A stretch of DNA of 64,000 bases from Deltaproteobacteria bacterium (GCA_016875335.1 VGRO01000008.1:18-64017), one strand, 5' to 3'; positions 1 through 10,753 are shown, counted from the first letter of the stretch. Numbers and translations are program-made. The notes: generated by a model from the sequence alone, not told the origin.

Positions 1-172
1 GCAGGTGGCGGCACGCTCGGCCGAGGCGGCGGCAGCGCGCGCGCAGGCCCTGGCTGATCGCTTTGCGCACCAGCCCGGCCCGACGGACCGAGCGCCAGAC
101 TCCACTGGGTCAGAGACTGCGGATCAAGCGCCGAAAACCACTGGGCCAAAGGGCGACGGAGCGCCCCCGTGA
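1..172 (+). CDS. 3' end of a CDS entering from the left edge (Ala-rich helix plus low-complexity tail), product unknown
   Basis: Frame 2 is open from base 2 (QVAARSAEAAAARAQALADRF...GDGAPP) to TGA 170-172. The stop overlaps the GTG of the next gene (GTGA), which suggests translational coupling. Confidence 0.4.
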   Translation, partial: QVAARSAEAAAARAQALADRFAHQPGPTDRAPDSTGSETADQAPKTTGPKGDGAPP

Positions 173-1875
173 GCGCGCTGGCCAACCTGCTGCGCTTGCC
201 CAAATACGCGCGCAACCTCGGCCGCCTGCGCCAGGTGACCGCCGTCGTCGTGCGCCATGGCTTTGGCCACGTACTCTTGCGCGCGGGGCTCGACCGCTAC
301 GCCGGCCTGTTCGACCGCGGCAAGGTGATCGCCGACGCCGACGAGGCGTTGTCGGAGTTGACGTGGGAGACGCGCGTCCGCTTGGCGCTGGAGTCGCTCG
401 GGCCGACGTTTATCAAGCTCGGCCAGGTGGCGGCGACGCGGCCCGACATCATCCCGATGTCGCTGGTGTTCGAACTGCGCCGCTTGCAAGACAACGTCGG
501 CGGCTTTCCGGTTGCCGAGGCGCGGGCGGTCATCGAGGCCGACCTCGGCGGGCCGATCGCCGCGTTCTTTGCGACCTTCGACGAAAAGCCCCTGGCCGCG
601 GCGTCGATCGCCCAGGTCCACCGCGCGACGTTGCCCACCGGTGAGCAGGTGGTGGTCAAGGTCCAGCGGCCCAACCTCGACCGCATCATCGCCAATGACC
701 TGGATTTGTTGCACATCATGGCCGCGGCCCTGGAAGACCGCGTGCCCGAGGCCCGCCAGTTCCGGCCGCTGGTGCTCATCGACGAGTTTGCGCGCAACTT
801 GAAGCGCGAGACCGACTTTGCCAACGAGCGCAGCAACATCGAGCGCATGCGCCGACATATCGCCCACATGCCCGACGTGCACGTGCCGGTGACCTACCCG
901 GCGCTGTCGTCGCGGCGGGTGCTGACCATGGAGTTCATCGCCGGCTGCAAGGTCAACGACATGGCGCAGCGGGCGGCCTGGAACACCGACCCGCAGAAAA
1001 TCGCCGAGTTGGGCACCAAGCTGTCGATGGCGTCGATCTTCGAGTTCGGGTTCTTTCACGCCGACCCGCACCCGGGCAACTTCTTCATCCTGCCTGAGAA
1101 CCGCATCGCGCTCATCGACTTTGGCTCGATGGGCGCCATCGACAACGACACCATCGACGAGTTGCTGACTTTCTTGGTGAGCCTCTTGCTCAACGACCCC
1201 GAGATGCTGGTCAGCCAGTTCATCGACCTGGGCTTGGTCGACGACACCGTCAACGCCCGCGCCATGCAGGGCGAAATCGGCGAGATCATGGCGCGCTACA
1301 ACGGCGCGACGCTCGGCCAGATCGACATCGGCCAGTTCATCGCCGAGGTGTTTGAGACCGTAGTGCGCTTCCAGGTGCAACTGCCGGTCGAGTTGATCCT
1401 GATTGGCAAGTCGATCTCGACCATGGAGGGCATCGCCCGCGAACTGGTCCCCAACTACAACCCGTTGGAAAACCTGCGGCCCTACCTGGTGCAACTGTAC
1501 GTGCGGCGGGTGCTCGACCCCAAGACCTACAGCAAGCGCGTCTATCGGGTGCTGCACGACTGGTGGGGCCTGGTGCGGGTGATGCCGGGCGACATCCGCG
1601 GCCTGTTGCGCCGGGCCAAGCTCGGCCAATTGGCCTTGAACGTCCGCGACCCCGACGCAGAACTCTTGCGCGCCAAGAACGAGCGCACCTTCAACCGCGG
1701 GCTTTTGGCGCTGTGGTCGGGGTCGGCGTGGGTCATGTTCACGTGGATCCTGCCGCAAGCCGATCGCGCCGCGCCGTGGTCGCTGCTGTGGTGGTACGCT
1801 CTGATTTTGGGCGCTCAGGGATTATTTGCCGGGTCGTTGGCGATCTTGAGCTGGCTGCGATCGCGCGAACTGTGA
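169..1875 (+). CDS. ABC1/AarF/UbiB family atypical protein kinase with C-terminal TM helices
   Basis: Motifs LGPTFIKLGQ, AAASIAQVHRA, VVVKVQRP, FHADPHPGN and DFG; two hydrophobic segments at the C-terminus. Confidence 0.92.
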   Translation: MSALANLLRLPKYARNLGRLRQVTAVVVRHGFGHVLLRAGLDRYAGLFDRGKVIADADEALSELTWETRVRLALESLGPTFIKLGQVAATRPDIIPMSLVFELRRLQDNVGGFPVAEARAVIEADLGGPIAAFFATFDEKPLAAASIAQVHRATLPTGEQVVVKVQRPNLDRIIANDLDLLHIMAAALEDRVPEARQFRPLVLIDEFARNLKRETDFANERSNIERMRRHIAHMPDVHVPVTYPALSSRRVLTMEFIAGCKVNDMAQRAAWNTDPQKIAELGTKLSMASIFEFGFFHADPHPGNFFILPENRIALIDFGSMGAIDNDTIDELLTFLVSLLLNDPEMLVSQFIDLGLVDDTVNARAMQGEIGEIMARYNGATLGQIDIGQFIAEVFETVVRFQVQLPVELILIGKSISTMEGIARELVPNYNPLENLRPYLVQLYVRRVLDPKTYSKRVYRVLHDWWGLVRVMPGDIRGLLRRAKLGQLALNVRDPDAELLRAKNERTFNRGLLALWSGSAWVMFTWILPQADRAAPWSLLWWYALILGAQGLFAGSLAILSWLRSREL

Positions 1876-1914
1876 TCGCCCGCCCATCGCCCCACACCGA
1901 CCGGCCGAGGGACC

Positions 1915-2790
1915 ATGCCATTCTCGCATCTGTGCACCTGGACCGCGCTGGCCGTGATCGCCATCGGCTGCCAATTCCCCGTCAGCCGCGACGCCTATCA
2001 GCGCGATCTGGCGGCCCTCAAGGGCCAACAGGACCAGTTGGAGGCCCAAAAGCAGGCGCTGGCCAGCAAGGTGACCGCCTGCGAAGGCGATCTCGCCGGC
2101 TGCCGGGACAAGCTGCAGTCCGCGGCGCGCGATCAGAGCCTCTGCGCAGACGAGCTCAAGAACACCAAGGCGATGCTCGACCAGTGCGCCAACCGCGGCG
2201 GCACCTGCGCCAAGGATCTGGTCAACTGCCAGATCGCCAAGAACAAGGCCGACGACGACCTGCGCCGCGCCACGGCGGAACGCGACCGCCTGCAACGCGA
2301 GAGCAAGGCGCTGGCCGACTCGCTGGCGCGCATCCAGGAGGGCGTCAAGAAAGTCCAGAACCGCCTCAAGGACCTGGTCGCCGCTGGCAAGCTGCGCATC
2401 CGCGAGCGCCATGGGCTCCTGGTCATCGAGGTGGCGTCCGACATCCTTTTCGACCTCAACAAGGCCGAGGTCAAGGCCGCCGCCCGGCCGGTCCTGGCGG
2501 ACATCGCCGACGCGCTCAAGTCACTGGCCGACCGGCGCTTCCAGGTCGCCGGCCACACCGACAACACCGGCGCCGACGCCATCAACTGGAGACTGTCGGT
2601 GGACCGGGCGCTGGCGGTGCTGGCCGAGATGACGGCGTTGGGCGTCGGCCCGAACAACCTGTCCGCGGCGGGCTTCGGGCCGTACCTGCCGGTGGTGGCC
2701 AATGACAGCGACGCCAACCGGGCGCGCAACCGCCGGGTCGAGTTCTTGCTGATTCCGGACTTGGGCGAGCTGTTTCGGTTGGGGTTGTAG
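1915..2790 (+). CDS. OmpA/MotB-like peptidoglycan-binding lipoprotein with a long coiled-coil stalk
   Basis: Signal peptide ending IAIG-C; about 130 aa of heptad repeats; OmpA_C motifs ILFD, GHTDN, NWRLSVDRA, AAGFG and RNRRVE. Confidence 0.88.
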   Translation: MPFSHLCTWTALAVIAIGCQFPVSRDAYQRDLAALKGQQDQLEAQKQALASKVTACEGDLAGCRDKLQSAARDQSLCADELKNTKAMLDQCANRGGTCAKDLVNCQIAKNKADDDLRRATAERDRLQRESKALADSLARIQEGVKKVQNRLKDLVAAGKLRIRERHGLLVIEVASDILFDLNKAEVKAAARPVLADIADALKSLADRRFQVAGHTDNTGADAINWRLSVDRALAVLAEMTALGVGPNNLSAAGFGPYLPVVANDSDANRARNRRVEFLLIPDLGELFRLGL

Positions 2791-2925
2791 GATCGACGCC
2801 ATTCGCGGTGGCGCGAAAACCGGCAACTGCTGCTCGATCGCACCCAAATCGCGACCTGTGTGGCGCTGGCCCCGGGTGGCGCGCTTGCTCAGTTCGCCGT
2901 CGCTGCGCCTGCGCCGCCCCCTGAG

Positions 2926-2954
2926 TTGAACAATCCCCGTCCCGCGCGTACACT
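2926..2954 (+). promoter_or_regulatory. sigma70/sigmaA promoter of tRNA-Pro
   Basis: TTGAAC (2926-2931), 17 nt, TACACT (2949-2954), followed by a GC-rich discriminator-like stretch, 40 nt upstream of the tRNA. Confidence 0.65.
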
Positions 2955-2993
2955 ACCGCCCCGCTTCGGCCCCTCGCGGGCTGCGGCCGACCT

Positions 2994-3067
2994 CGGGGCG
3001 TAGCGCAGCCTGGTAGCGCACTAGTCTGGGGGACTAGTGGTCGTCGGTTCAAATCCGGTCGCCCCGA
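2994..3067 (+). tRNA. tRNA-Pro (anticodon GGG), CCA not encoded
   Basis: Acceptor stem CGGGGCG/CGCCCCG, D arm TAGCGCAGCCTGGTAGCGC, anticodon stem CTAGT/ACTAG with loop CT-GGG-GG, T loop GGTTCAAATCC, discriminator A3067. Confidence 0.96.
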
Positions 3068-3107
3068 CCCACGCATCTACCGCTTTGGTTTGACCGCAGC
3101 GCGCAAT

Positions 3108-3129
3108 CCGCCGCTTCGGCGCGGCTTCT
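3108..3129 (+). terminator. C(UUCG)G hairpin downstream of the tRNA, possible weak terminator or processing stem
   Basis: CCG(C)CGC-TTCG-GCGCGG followed by CTTCT; the U-tract is poor. Confidence 0.3.
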
Positions 3130-3301
3130 GCGTTGGATGCGGATTCGCTCTCGCCCGCTTTGCTTGCCGGGCTCGCCGCGTCGCGCTGATCGCGGGCCCC
3201 ATCAGCGGGCGCTCGCCGCGAAGCTTGCCGCCCTGGCCGATGGCGCCCCGCCGTGGGGACGTTGGCCGTCGGCTGCGCCGGCCCGGCGTGGTCTGGACCG
3301 C

Positions 3302-5089
3302 ATGCCGCCCATCGACATCGACCCCGCCGCCATCACCGGAACGCCGCTTGAACGCAACGCGCTGATGGCGCAGCGCCTGGCCAAGGTCCACGCCCTGCGG
3401 CAGGCGGCGGCCGGCGTGGCCTATCCCAACGATTTTGCGCCGTCGCACACGGCCGCGCAGGCCATGCACTGGTTCAGCAGCGACCCCGTGCACCTGCATC
3501 CGTTCGTGGCGCTCGAACAGGGCGCGCCGATGGACCTGGAGCGACCGCCCCCCGCCGGGGCCCCGGTGGTGTTCAGTCCACGCGTCCACATGGCCGGCCG
3601 GGTCCTGGCGATCAACGTCAAGGGCAAGGTTGCGTTCTTGCGCGTCATCGACCGCACAGCCGCCGAATTGCCGGGGCTGCGCGCCGCGGAGAACCGCGCG
3701 AGGGTGGCGACCGGATTGCCTGAGCGCGACGTGCAGGTGCCGACCTTTCAGTTCTACTTCAGCCGCGACGACGACCCCGACACCTTCGACCGTCTGTTCA
3801 AGCCGACCGAAGGCGCGCCGTGGGAAGGGCCGCTGTGCGATGTGGGCGACATCGTCGGCGGCGAGGGCCTGTGGTTCCGCACCCGCACCGGCGAGCAGAG
3901 CCTGTGGCTCAAGTCCGCCGCGGGCCGGCCGGCCCTGCGCATCCTGACCAAGGCCGTGCGGCCGCTGCCCGACAAATTCCACGGGTTGGCCGACAAGGAA
4001 ACGCGGTTGCGCCAGCGCTACGTCGATCTCGTGATGAACCAGGACGTGCGCGAGATTTTCCGCAAGCGCAGCATGGTGTTGCGCGGTGTGCGCCGCTTCT
4101 TGGACGACCGCGGCTACGTCGAAGTCGAAACGCCGATGATGCACACGTCGTTGGGCGGCGCGGCGGCCCGGCCATTCCGCACCCACCACAACGCGCTCGA
4201 CATGCCGCTGTACCTGCGCATCGCGCCAGAGCTGCACCTCAAGCGCCTGGTGGTCGGCGGCATCGAGCGGGTGTACGAGATCAACCGCAACTTTCGCAAC
4301 GAGGGGCTGAGCCAGCGCCACAACCCCGAATTCACGATGCTGGAGTTCTACCGGGCGTACGCGACCTACACCGACCTGATGGACGAGGTCGAGGCGCTCA
4401 TCGCCGAGCTGGCCCTGCAGGTCTGCGGCTCGACCACCGTGCACTGGGGTAGCGAAGCCGGCGGCACCCCGCGGGAAATTCGCCTTGCCGCGCCCTTTGC
4501 CCGCGTGCGCATCGCTGACGGGTTGCAGCGCTGGGCCGGCATTGCCGAGGCCGGCCTGGGCGACGAGCGGGTGCTGCGGGCCCGCGCCGCTGAGCTAGGC
4601 GTGCACATCGACGGCCACGCTACGCTCGGCAAGGTGCAGGTCGAGCTGTTTGAGGCGGTGGCTGAACCGCACCTGGTGCAGCCGACGTTCGTCTATGAGT
4701 ACCCGGCGGAGACCAGTCCACTGGCGCGCCGCAACGACCGCGATGGCGGCGTCGTCGACCGGTTCGAGCTTTTCATTGGCGGCATCGAGATCAGCAACGC
4801 GTTCTCCGAACTGAACGACCCGGTGGACCAGTACCAACGCTTCGCCCACCAACTGGACCAGCGCGCCAAGGGCGACGAAGAGACCATGGACCTGGACATC
4901 GACTACGTGCGGGCCCTGGAGTACGGCATGCCGCCCGCGGCCGGGTGCGGCATCGGCATCGACCGGTTGGTGATGCTGTTGTCGGGCGCCGAGTCGATTC
5001 GCGAAGTCATCCTCTTCCCGCACATGCGCCCCGAGGGCGCGGGCGGTGGCGAGCGGCCCTCGGCCGAACCCGCCCCGGTTGCCGGGTAG
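3302..5089 (+). CDS. lysS: Lysine--tRNA ligase (class II) with insertions in the anticodon-binding domain
   Basis: [53 protein letters not shown] and [16 protein letters not shown]. Start placed at ATG 3302 rather than the ORF-track start at 3137. Confidence 0.97.
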   Translation: MPPIDIDPAAITGTPLERNALMAQRLAKVHALRQAAAGVAYPNDFAPSHTAAQAMHWFSSDPVHLHPFVALEQGAPMDLERPPPAGAPVVFSPRVHMAGRVLAINVKGKVAFLRVIDRTAAELPGLRAAENRARVATGLPERDVQVPTFQFYFSRDDDPDTFDRLFKPTEGAPWEGPLCDVGDIVGGEGLWFRTRTGEQSLWLKSAAGRPALRILTKAVRPLPDKFHGLADKETRLRQRYVDLVMNQDVREIFRKRSMVLRGVRRFLDDRGYVEVETPMMHTSLGGAAARPFRTHHNALDMPLYLRIAPELHLKRLVVGGIERVYEINRNFRNEGLSQRHNPEFTMLEFYRAYATYTDLMDEVEALIAELALQVCGSTTVHWGSEAGGTPREIRLAAPFARVRIADGLQRWAGIAEAGLGDERVLRARAAELGVHIDGHATLGKVQVELFEAVAEPHLVQPTFVYEYPAETSPLARRNDRDGGVVDRFELFIGGIEISNAFSELNDPVDQYQRFAHQLDQRAKGDEETMDLDIDYVRALEYGMPPAAGCGIGIDRLVMLLSGAESIREVILFPHMRPEGAGGGERPSAEPAPVAG

Positions 5090-5098
5090 CTCTACCTC

Positions 5099-7582
5099 GT
5101 GACGTCGGCGTCGATCTCGCACGCGCGCCTGCGCTGGCTGGTGCTCGTGGCCTGTGCGGCAGCGGTGCCCGAGGCGCTGGTGCGGTCCGCCGACGAGCAG
5201 GTGGCGTTCCAGGCGATGCTGGTGGTGCAGTTGCTCGGCGTCATCGTGGCGGCCCTGGCGGTGGCGGCGGCGTTCAGCGCGCTTGGGCTGGCCGCGGTCT
5301 GGCGGGCTTCGCGGCCGCTGCAGTCGGTGCCGAGCACGTTTGTGGCGTGGGCGTTCCTGCGGGCGCCGCGCCAGGTGGCGCCATGGCCGCTGCGGGTGGC
5401 GAGCGCGCTTGTGGAGGCGGTGGGCGCCGGCCCCGGCCAAAGCGCGCGGGTTTCGGTGCGGCAACTGGGCCTCGCAATGGTGTTGGGCGCCACGGGCGCG
5501 GCGACCTTGGTCTGGCAGCGCGAGGCCCTCGCGACAGGTGACCTGTGTTTGCGCAACGTGGGCGCGGCACTCGCGTTACACGGGGCGCTCTTGGCCGTCG
5601 CTGGGTTGCCGTCGATCGCGCTGCGCAAGACGCTCCTGGGACTTGCCTGCCTGGCGGGGCTGGTCGGCGCCGGTGTCGCGTCGCGCCATCCCGCCGTGCT
5701 GCCTTACCTCGACCCGCTGGCCCTGCTGGCCGCCGCTGGCGTTGTCGGCGCGCTGGCTTTGGCGCGGCCGGGCGACGGCGCAGGCCAAGCGGCCCGGTTG
5801 GCGCGTCGTGCGCGGTGGGTGCTGCCGTTGGGGGTGAGCCTGTGTGCTGCTGGCGCGGCGCTGCATCTTGGTGCGCGCGAGGCGTCGGCAGGCGTGGCGG
5901 TCGCGTCGGCCGGTGCTGCCGCGGCGCTGGTCGGCATCTACCTGCTTTTGCAAGGCCAGGCCAAGGTCACGGTGCCGGTATTCGTGTCGATCGTCGGCGT
6001 CGCGGCCGGCACCTGGGCGCTCATCGTCGTGCTGTCGGTCATGGGCGGTTTTGCCAGCGACCTGCGCAACAAGATGCTGGTGGCCAACGCCCACGCGCTA
6101 GTTGAAGCCCCAGGCCGCGCCACTGCGTTCGGCGACGCTGCACAGCTTGCCGCCCGTCTGCGGAAGGTGCCAGGTGTGCTGGCGGTCAGCCCGCAGGTGC
6201 GCGGCGACGCCATCTTGTCGTCGAGCTTCAACGTCCATAACTTCGTGGGAATCCGCGGCATTGACCCCGACGCGGCCGATGTCGTGCGCGAGTTCGAGCC
6301 GACCCTGCGCACCGGATCGCTGGGCCTGTTGCGCGATCCGACCGGTCTTGGCAGCGACCGGTCGCTGCAGCGCCGCCCGGTCGGCTTGGCCGACGACGTG
6401 CCGGCCGTGCCCATGCCTGCGCCGACCACGGCGCCCGCGGCCCCGCAGACCGACGCCGACGCCGTGCTCAAGGCCCTGGGGCAGTTGCCGCCCGGACCCA
6501 CCGATCCAGGCGCGCCGCAACCAGAAGCGCGCAAACGCGAAAAGCTCCCCGGGATGCTGCTCTTGGGGTCCGACGGCGAAAAGGCCGAGGCCAACCCGGG
6601 CGCCGCGCCTGCACCGCCCCTGGATTTGGGCAGCGAGCCCATCGGCGCCGGCCACCGCCCCCAACCGAGCCTGGAACGGCCGAGCGCTCTGCACGGCGCC
6701 GCGGGTCTGCTGGGCGCGGACGACGATGTGCCGGCGGCGACCCGCGAGGCGATCGATGCCCCGGTGCCGCCCGGGCTGCTCGTCGGCGTCGAGCTGGCGC
6801 GGACGCTGCAGGCCGAGGTCGGCGACAAAGTCGAGGTGGTGACCCCCGACGGCGACATCGGCCCCACCGGCTTGCGGCCGCGGGTGCGCACCTTTCGCAT
6901 CGCCGGCACCTTTGAGACGGGCCTGTATGAGGCGGACAGCAAGGTGGCCTACATGACCATCGACGAGGCGGCCCGCTACTTCAACCTGGAGGGAGAGGCC
7001 AACGTCCTGGAACTGCGGCTGACCGAACCCGAGAACCCCGACGCGGTGGTCGAACAGTTGCGGACCCAGTTGGCGCGGACGCCGCCGCCCGCGCCGGCCG
7101 GCGGCAAGGCCCTGGAGGTGCTCGACTGGCGCCAGTTGAACCGGTCGCTGTTCTCGGCGCTGGCCTTCGAACGCCTGGTGATCTTCTTGGTCCTTGGCCT
7201 GATTATCCTGGTTGCGGCGTTCTCGATCGTCTCGGCGCTGACCATGGTCATCTTGCAGAAGCACGACAGCATCGCGATGTTGCGGGCGATGGGCGCTGGC
7301 GCGGGGTCGGTGCGCGCCGCGTTCGTGCAGATGGGCGGGGCCATCGGCGTCATCGGCACCGCCGCGGGTCTCGTGCTCGGCATCGGCACCTGCAAGCTCG
7401 TGGAACTGCTGGGCATCCAGCTTCCAGAGGCCTACTACGTGCGCACCTTGCCGGTGCGGTTGCACGTGGGTGAACTGTGCGCGGTCGTCGCCGCCTCGCT
7501 CGCCATTTCTCTGCTGGCCACGGTCTTTCCGGCCCGCGGCGCGGCGCGCCTGCACCCGCTGGAGGGGCTGCGCCATGGCTGA
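5099..7582 (+). CDS. lolE: LolC/LolE family lipoprotein-release ABC permease, unusually long (827 aa)
   Basis: VSIVGVAAGTWALIVVLSVMGGF, FRIAGTFETGLYEAD, WRQLNRSLFSALAFER, IAMLRAMGA and PARGAARLHPLEGLR; position between lysS and lolD/bamA. Confidence 0.88.
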   Translation: MTSASISHARLRWLVLVACAAAVPEALVRSADEQVAFQAMLVVQLLGVIVAALAVAAAFSALGLAAVWRASRPLQSVPSTFVAWAFLRAPRQVAPWPLRVASALVEAVGAGPGQSARVSVRQLGLAMVLGATGAATLVWQREALATGDLCLRNVGAALALHGALLAVAGLPSIALRKTLLGLACLAGLVGAGVASRHPAVLPYLDPLALLAAAGVVGALALARPGDGAGQAARLARRARWVLPLGVSLCAAGAALHLGAREASAGVAVASAGAAAALVGIYLLLQGQAKVTVPVFVSIVGVAAGTWALIVVLSVMGGFASDLRNKMLVANAHALVEAPGRATAFGDAAQLAARLRKVPGVLAVSPQVRGDAILSSSFNVHNFVGIRGIDPDAADVVREFEPTLRTGSLGLLRDPTGLGSDRSLQRRPVGLADDVPAVPMPAPTTAPAAPQTDADAVLKALGQLPPGPTDPGAPQPEARKREKLPGMLLLGSDGEKAEANPGAAPAPPLDLGSEPIGAGHRPQPSLERPSALHGAAGLLGADDDVPAATREAIDAPVPPGLLVGVELARTLQAEVGDKVEVVTPDGDIGPTGLRPRVRTFRIAGTFETGLYEADSKVAYMTIDEAARYFNLEGEANVLELRLTEPENPDAVVEQLRTQLARTPPPAPAGGKALEVLDWRQLNRSLFSALAFERLVIFLVLGLIILVAAFSIVSALTMVILQKHDSIAMLRAMGAGAGSVRAAFVQMGGAIGVIGTAAGLVLGIGTCKLVELLGIQLPEAYYVRTLPVRLHVGELCAVVAASLAISLLATVFPARGAARLHPLEGLRHG

Positions 7583-8321
7583 CCGCGAACCGCCGCTCGT
7601 CCAGGCCGTCGACGTCTGCAAGTGGTTTGAGCTCGGCAACCGCCGCATCGACGTCTTGAAAGGCATCGATTTTTCGTTGTACGCTGGCGACATGGTCGGC
7701 ATTGTCGGGCGATCGGGCTCCGGCAAGTCGACGCTGCTGCACCTGCTCGGCACGCTTGATGCGCCGAGCCGCGGCCAGATCCTGTACGACGGCCACCGCC
7801 TCGACCACCTGGGCGATCGCGAACTGTCCGCCTTTCGCAATCGGTTCGTCGGCTTCGTGTTCCAATTCCACCACTTGCTGCCAGAAATGACGGCGTATGA
7901 GAATGTGCTGATGCCCGCGCTCATCGCGCGCGCGTCGACGCGCCCGGCCCACGAGCGCGCCCGCGACCTTTTGCAGCGTGTCGGCCTGGGCGACCGCTTG
8001 GACCACCATCCGGGTGAACTTTCCGGCGGCGAACAGCAACGAGTGGCGTTGGCGCGGGCCCTGGTGATGCAGCCCAAGGTCGTTTTGGCTGACGAGCCGA
8101 CCGGCAACCTCGACGGCCGCACCGCCGAAGAGATGCACGTGCTGATCGAGGAGCTGAACCGCGAGACCGGCACCGCGTTCGTGGTCGTGTCGCACAACCA
8201 GGAGTTGGCGCGGCGGATGCGCCGGGTGGTGCGGATGCTCGACGGCCGCTTCGTGGACGAGTCCGAGGCTGTATCGGTGGCGCCGGTCGATGATCACCCG
8301 GGCGAGGAGGCCACAGCGTGA
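7575..8321 (+). CDS. lolD: Lipoprotein-release ABC transporter ATP-binding protein
   Basis: Walker A GRSGSGKST, GFVFQFHHLLPE, LSGGEQQRVALARAL, LADEPTGNLD. ATG 7575 overlaps the permease stop. Confidence 0.93.
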   Translation: MADREPPLVQAVDVCKWFELGNRRIDVLKGIDFSLYAGDMVGIVGRSGSGKSTLLHLLGTLDAPSRGQILYDGHRLDHLGDRELSAFRNRFVGFVFQFHHLLPEMTAYENVLMPALIARASTRPAHERARDLLQRVGLGDRLDHHPGELSGGEQQRVALARALVMQPKVVLADEPTGNLDGRTAEEMHVLIEELNRETGTAFVVVSHNQELARRMRRVVRMLDGRFVDESEAVSVAPVDDHPGEEATA

Positions 8322-10753
8322 AGGCTCCGGTCTTGCTGCTTGGTCTCGCCGTGCTGCTGTGTGTGCTCGGCTCGCCCCGCCCAGCGCGGGCCGACGGGCT
8401 GTTCGGCCGCGGCGCGTTGTCGGGCAGCGACGACGACAAAAAGTCCGACAGCAAGCCCGAACCCGAACTGGAGGTCGTCCGCGAGGAGACATCTGCGCTG
8501 GCGCTGCGCATCGTGCGGGTGACGCTCGGCGGCATCGACCGCGTCGACAAGACCACCGTAGGCAACCAGGTGCGCAGCCGCGCGGGCGAGGTGCTCGACC
8601 CGCAAAAGGTGGCCGAGGATGTCAAACGCTTGATGCACATGGGGCTGTTTGACGACGTGCGCGCGGGGCTCTTGCGGTTGGCGCCCGCCAAGGATGCTCC
8701 GGCCGACGAGGTCGGCGTCGAACTGCGCTACCAGGTGCTCGAGCGGCCGTCGATCGCCGCCATCGAGATCCGCGGCAACCAGGAACAGAGCACCGAAAGC
8801 GTGATGAAAGTCGTCGACTTGCGCATCAACAACCTGTACGCGCCGCAAGATGCCGCCAGCAACGTCGTCAAGATCAAGGAACTGTACCGCGACGAGGGCT
8901 TCTTCCTGGCCAACGTGGCCTACCACACCGAAGCCATGCCACAGAATCAGGTCAAGGTGGTGTTCGACGTGGTCGAGCGCGCCGAGGTCAAGGTGCGCCA
9001 GGTCCGGTTGCTGGGCAACGAGGGCATCGCCGACGACGACATCAAGGCCGTCCTGCGCACCGAGGAGGGCAAGCTGACCTCGCTGGTCGGCAAGGGCGGC
9101 AACTTCAAGCCCGAAAACCTCGACACCGACGTGCAGTACATCCAGTACCTGTACCTGACGCGCGGCTACATCCAGGCCAAGGTCGACGACCCCTTGGTCA
9201 GTCTGTCCGCCGACATGAAGTACATCACGATCACCATCCGTATCCACGAGGGGCCGCAGTTCACGGTCGGCAAGGTCCACATCGAGGGCGACAGCGTCGA
9301 GCCGGCCGACAAGCTGGTGCCTACGCTCGGTCTCAAGCCCGGCCAGATCTTCAACTACGCGTTGGTCCAGCAAGACGGCCAGCGCATCCGCGATGTCCAA
9401 AAGAACGTCGGCTACGCCCACGCCACCGTCGAGAACCGGCCCAACCCCGACAGCGACAAGAAGATCCTGGACTGGACCTACTACGTGCAGAAGGGCAAGC
9501 GCTGTTTCTTTGGCCAGATCTCACTCGCTGGCGGCACCAGCACCCGCGACAAGGTCATCCGCCGCGAACTGACATTCGTCGAGGGCGAGCAGTACAGCGA
9601 AGAGAAGATCCAGGCCTCGCAGCGCATGATCCAGCGCCTGGGCTACTTCGAGAAGGTCGAGATCAAGACCAAGGCGACGGCGATCCCGCAGGTGCTCGAC
9701 GTCGTCATCGACCTCAAGGAGCGCACGACCGGCAGCTTTCAGGTCGGGATGGGGTTTTCCAGCGTCGACAACTTCATCGGCACGGTCCAGATCGCCAAGG
9801 ACAATTTCCTCGGCCGCGGCCAGCGCATCAGCGTGCAGGGCCAGTTGTCGAGCATCCGCACCATCTTTCAGGCCAGCTTCTGGGAGCCGGCGTTCCTGGA
9901 CAGCAACGTCACGTTTTCACTGGACCTCTACAGATTCGACCAGCTCTACACCGATTTTTCGCGCACGGCGACCGGCGGCGGCATGTCGTGGGGCTACCGG
10001 CTGACCCCGCAGGTGCACGTCGACATGGGCTACACCGGCGAGCAGGTGCAGAGCCGGATCGGCGGCCTTTCGGGGCGCACCGACGTGCCGATTGCCTCGC
10101 TTTTCACCAGCGGCCTGACCAGCGCGCTCAAGTTGACGCTCAGCTACGATTCGCGCGACGACCGCATGTTCCCCACGACCGGGTGGTTCGCCTCGACCAC
10201 CGCGGAATGGGCGAGCGAGCTTTTGGGCAGCGACAACGTCTATACGCGGCTGTCGATGCGCGTGCGGCGCTTCATCCCCTTGCCCTTGGACGGCGTGCTG
10301 CGGTTCAACCTCGTCGGCGGTTCGATCACCGCGCCCAAGGGCCGCAGCGTCCCGCTTTTCGAGCGCTACTTTGTCGGCGGCATCTTCAACATCCGCGGGT
10401 TCTCGCGCAATTCGCTGGGGCCGCAGATTGCGATTCCGGCGTCGAGCGACCCGAGCTCAAGCCTCTCGGGCTTCAACGTCGGCGGCATTCGCCAACTGTA
10501 TCTGAACAACGAGATCGAGGTGCCGATCGTCAAGGCGCCGCTCAACCTGCGCGGCCTGCTTTTCTTTGACATCGGCAACGCCTTCGGCGAGGGCCAGGCG
10601 GTGAACCTGGCCGAGATGCGCATGAGCTTTGGCTGGGGCATCCGCTGGTTCTCGCCCGTCGGCCCGCTGCGCTTCGAATGGGGCGTGCCGATCGCACCCA
10701 AGCCCAACGAGCAGCCGCTGGTGTTCGAGTTCACCATCGGCAACAGCTTCTGA
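8318..10753 (+). CDS. bamA: Outer membrane protein assembly factor BamA
   Basis: Signal peptide, multiple POTRA repeats ([18 protein letters not shown]), [22 protein letters not shown] and a C-terminal FEFTIGNSF. Confidence 0.95.
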   Translation: MKAPVLLLGLAVLLCVLGSPRPARADGLFGRGALSGSDDDKKSDSKPEPELEVVREETSALALRIVRVTLGGIDRVDKTTVGNQVRSRAGEVLDPQKVAEDVKRLMHMGLFDDVRAGLLRLAPAKDAPADEVGVELRYQVLERPSIAAIEIRGNQEQSTESVMKVVDLRINNLYAPQDAASNVVKIKELYRDEGFFLANVAYHTEAMPQNQVKVVFDVVERAEVKVRQVRLLGNEGIADDDIKAVLRTEEGKLTSLVGKGGNFKPENLDTDVQYIQYLYLTRGYIQAKVDDPLVSLSADMKYITITIRIHEGPQFTVGKVHIEGDSVEPADKLVPTLGLKPGQIFNYALVQQDGQRIRDVQKNVGYAHATVENRPNPDSDKKILDWTYYVQKGKRCFFGQISLAGGTSTRDKVIRRELTFVEGEQYSEEKIQASQRMIQRLGYFEKVEIKTKATAIPQVLDVVIDLKERTTGSFQVGMGFSSVDNFIGTVQIAKDNFLGRGQRISVQGQLSSIRTIFQASFWEPAFLDSNVTFSLDLYRFDQLYTDFSRTATGGGMSWGYRLTPQVHVDMGYTGEQVQSRIGGLSGRTDVPIASLFTSGLTSALKLTLSYDSRDDRMFPTTGWFASTTAEWASELLGSDNVYTRLSMRVRRFIPLPLDGVLRFNLVGGSITAPKGRSVPLFERYFVGGIFNIRGFSRNSLGPQIAIPASSDPSSSLSGFNVGGIRQLYLNNEIEVPIVKAPLNLRGLLFFDIGNAFGEGQAVNLAEMRMSFGWGIRWFSPVGPLRFEWGVPIAPKPNEQPLVFEFTIGNSF

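Noticed and set aside
1915-2790. Flagellar stator MotB
   Set aside because: It has a lipobox instead of the TM helix with the conserved Asp motif, and there is no motA neighbour.
2994-3300. tRNA-Pro as an integration site for a genomic island
   Set aside because: No integrase, no duplicated tRNA 3' end seen in the window, and housekeeping lysS follows directly.
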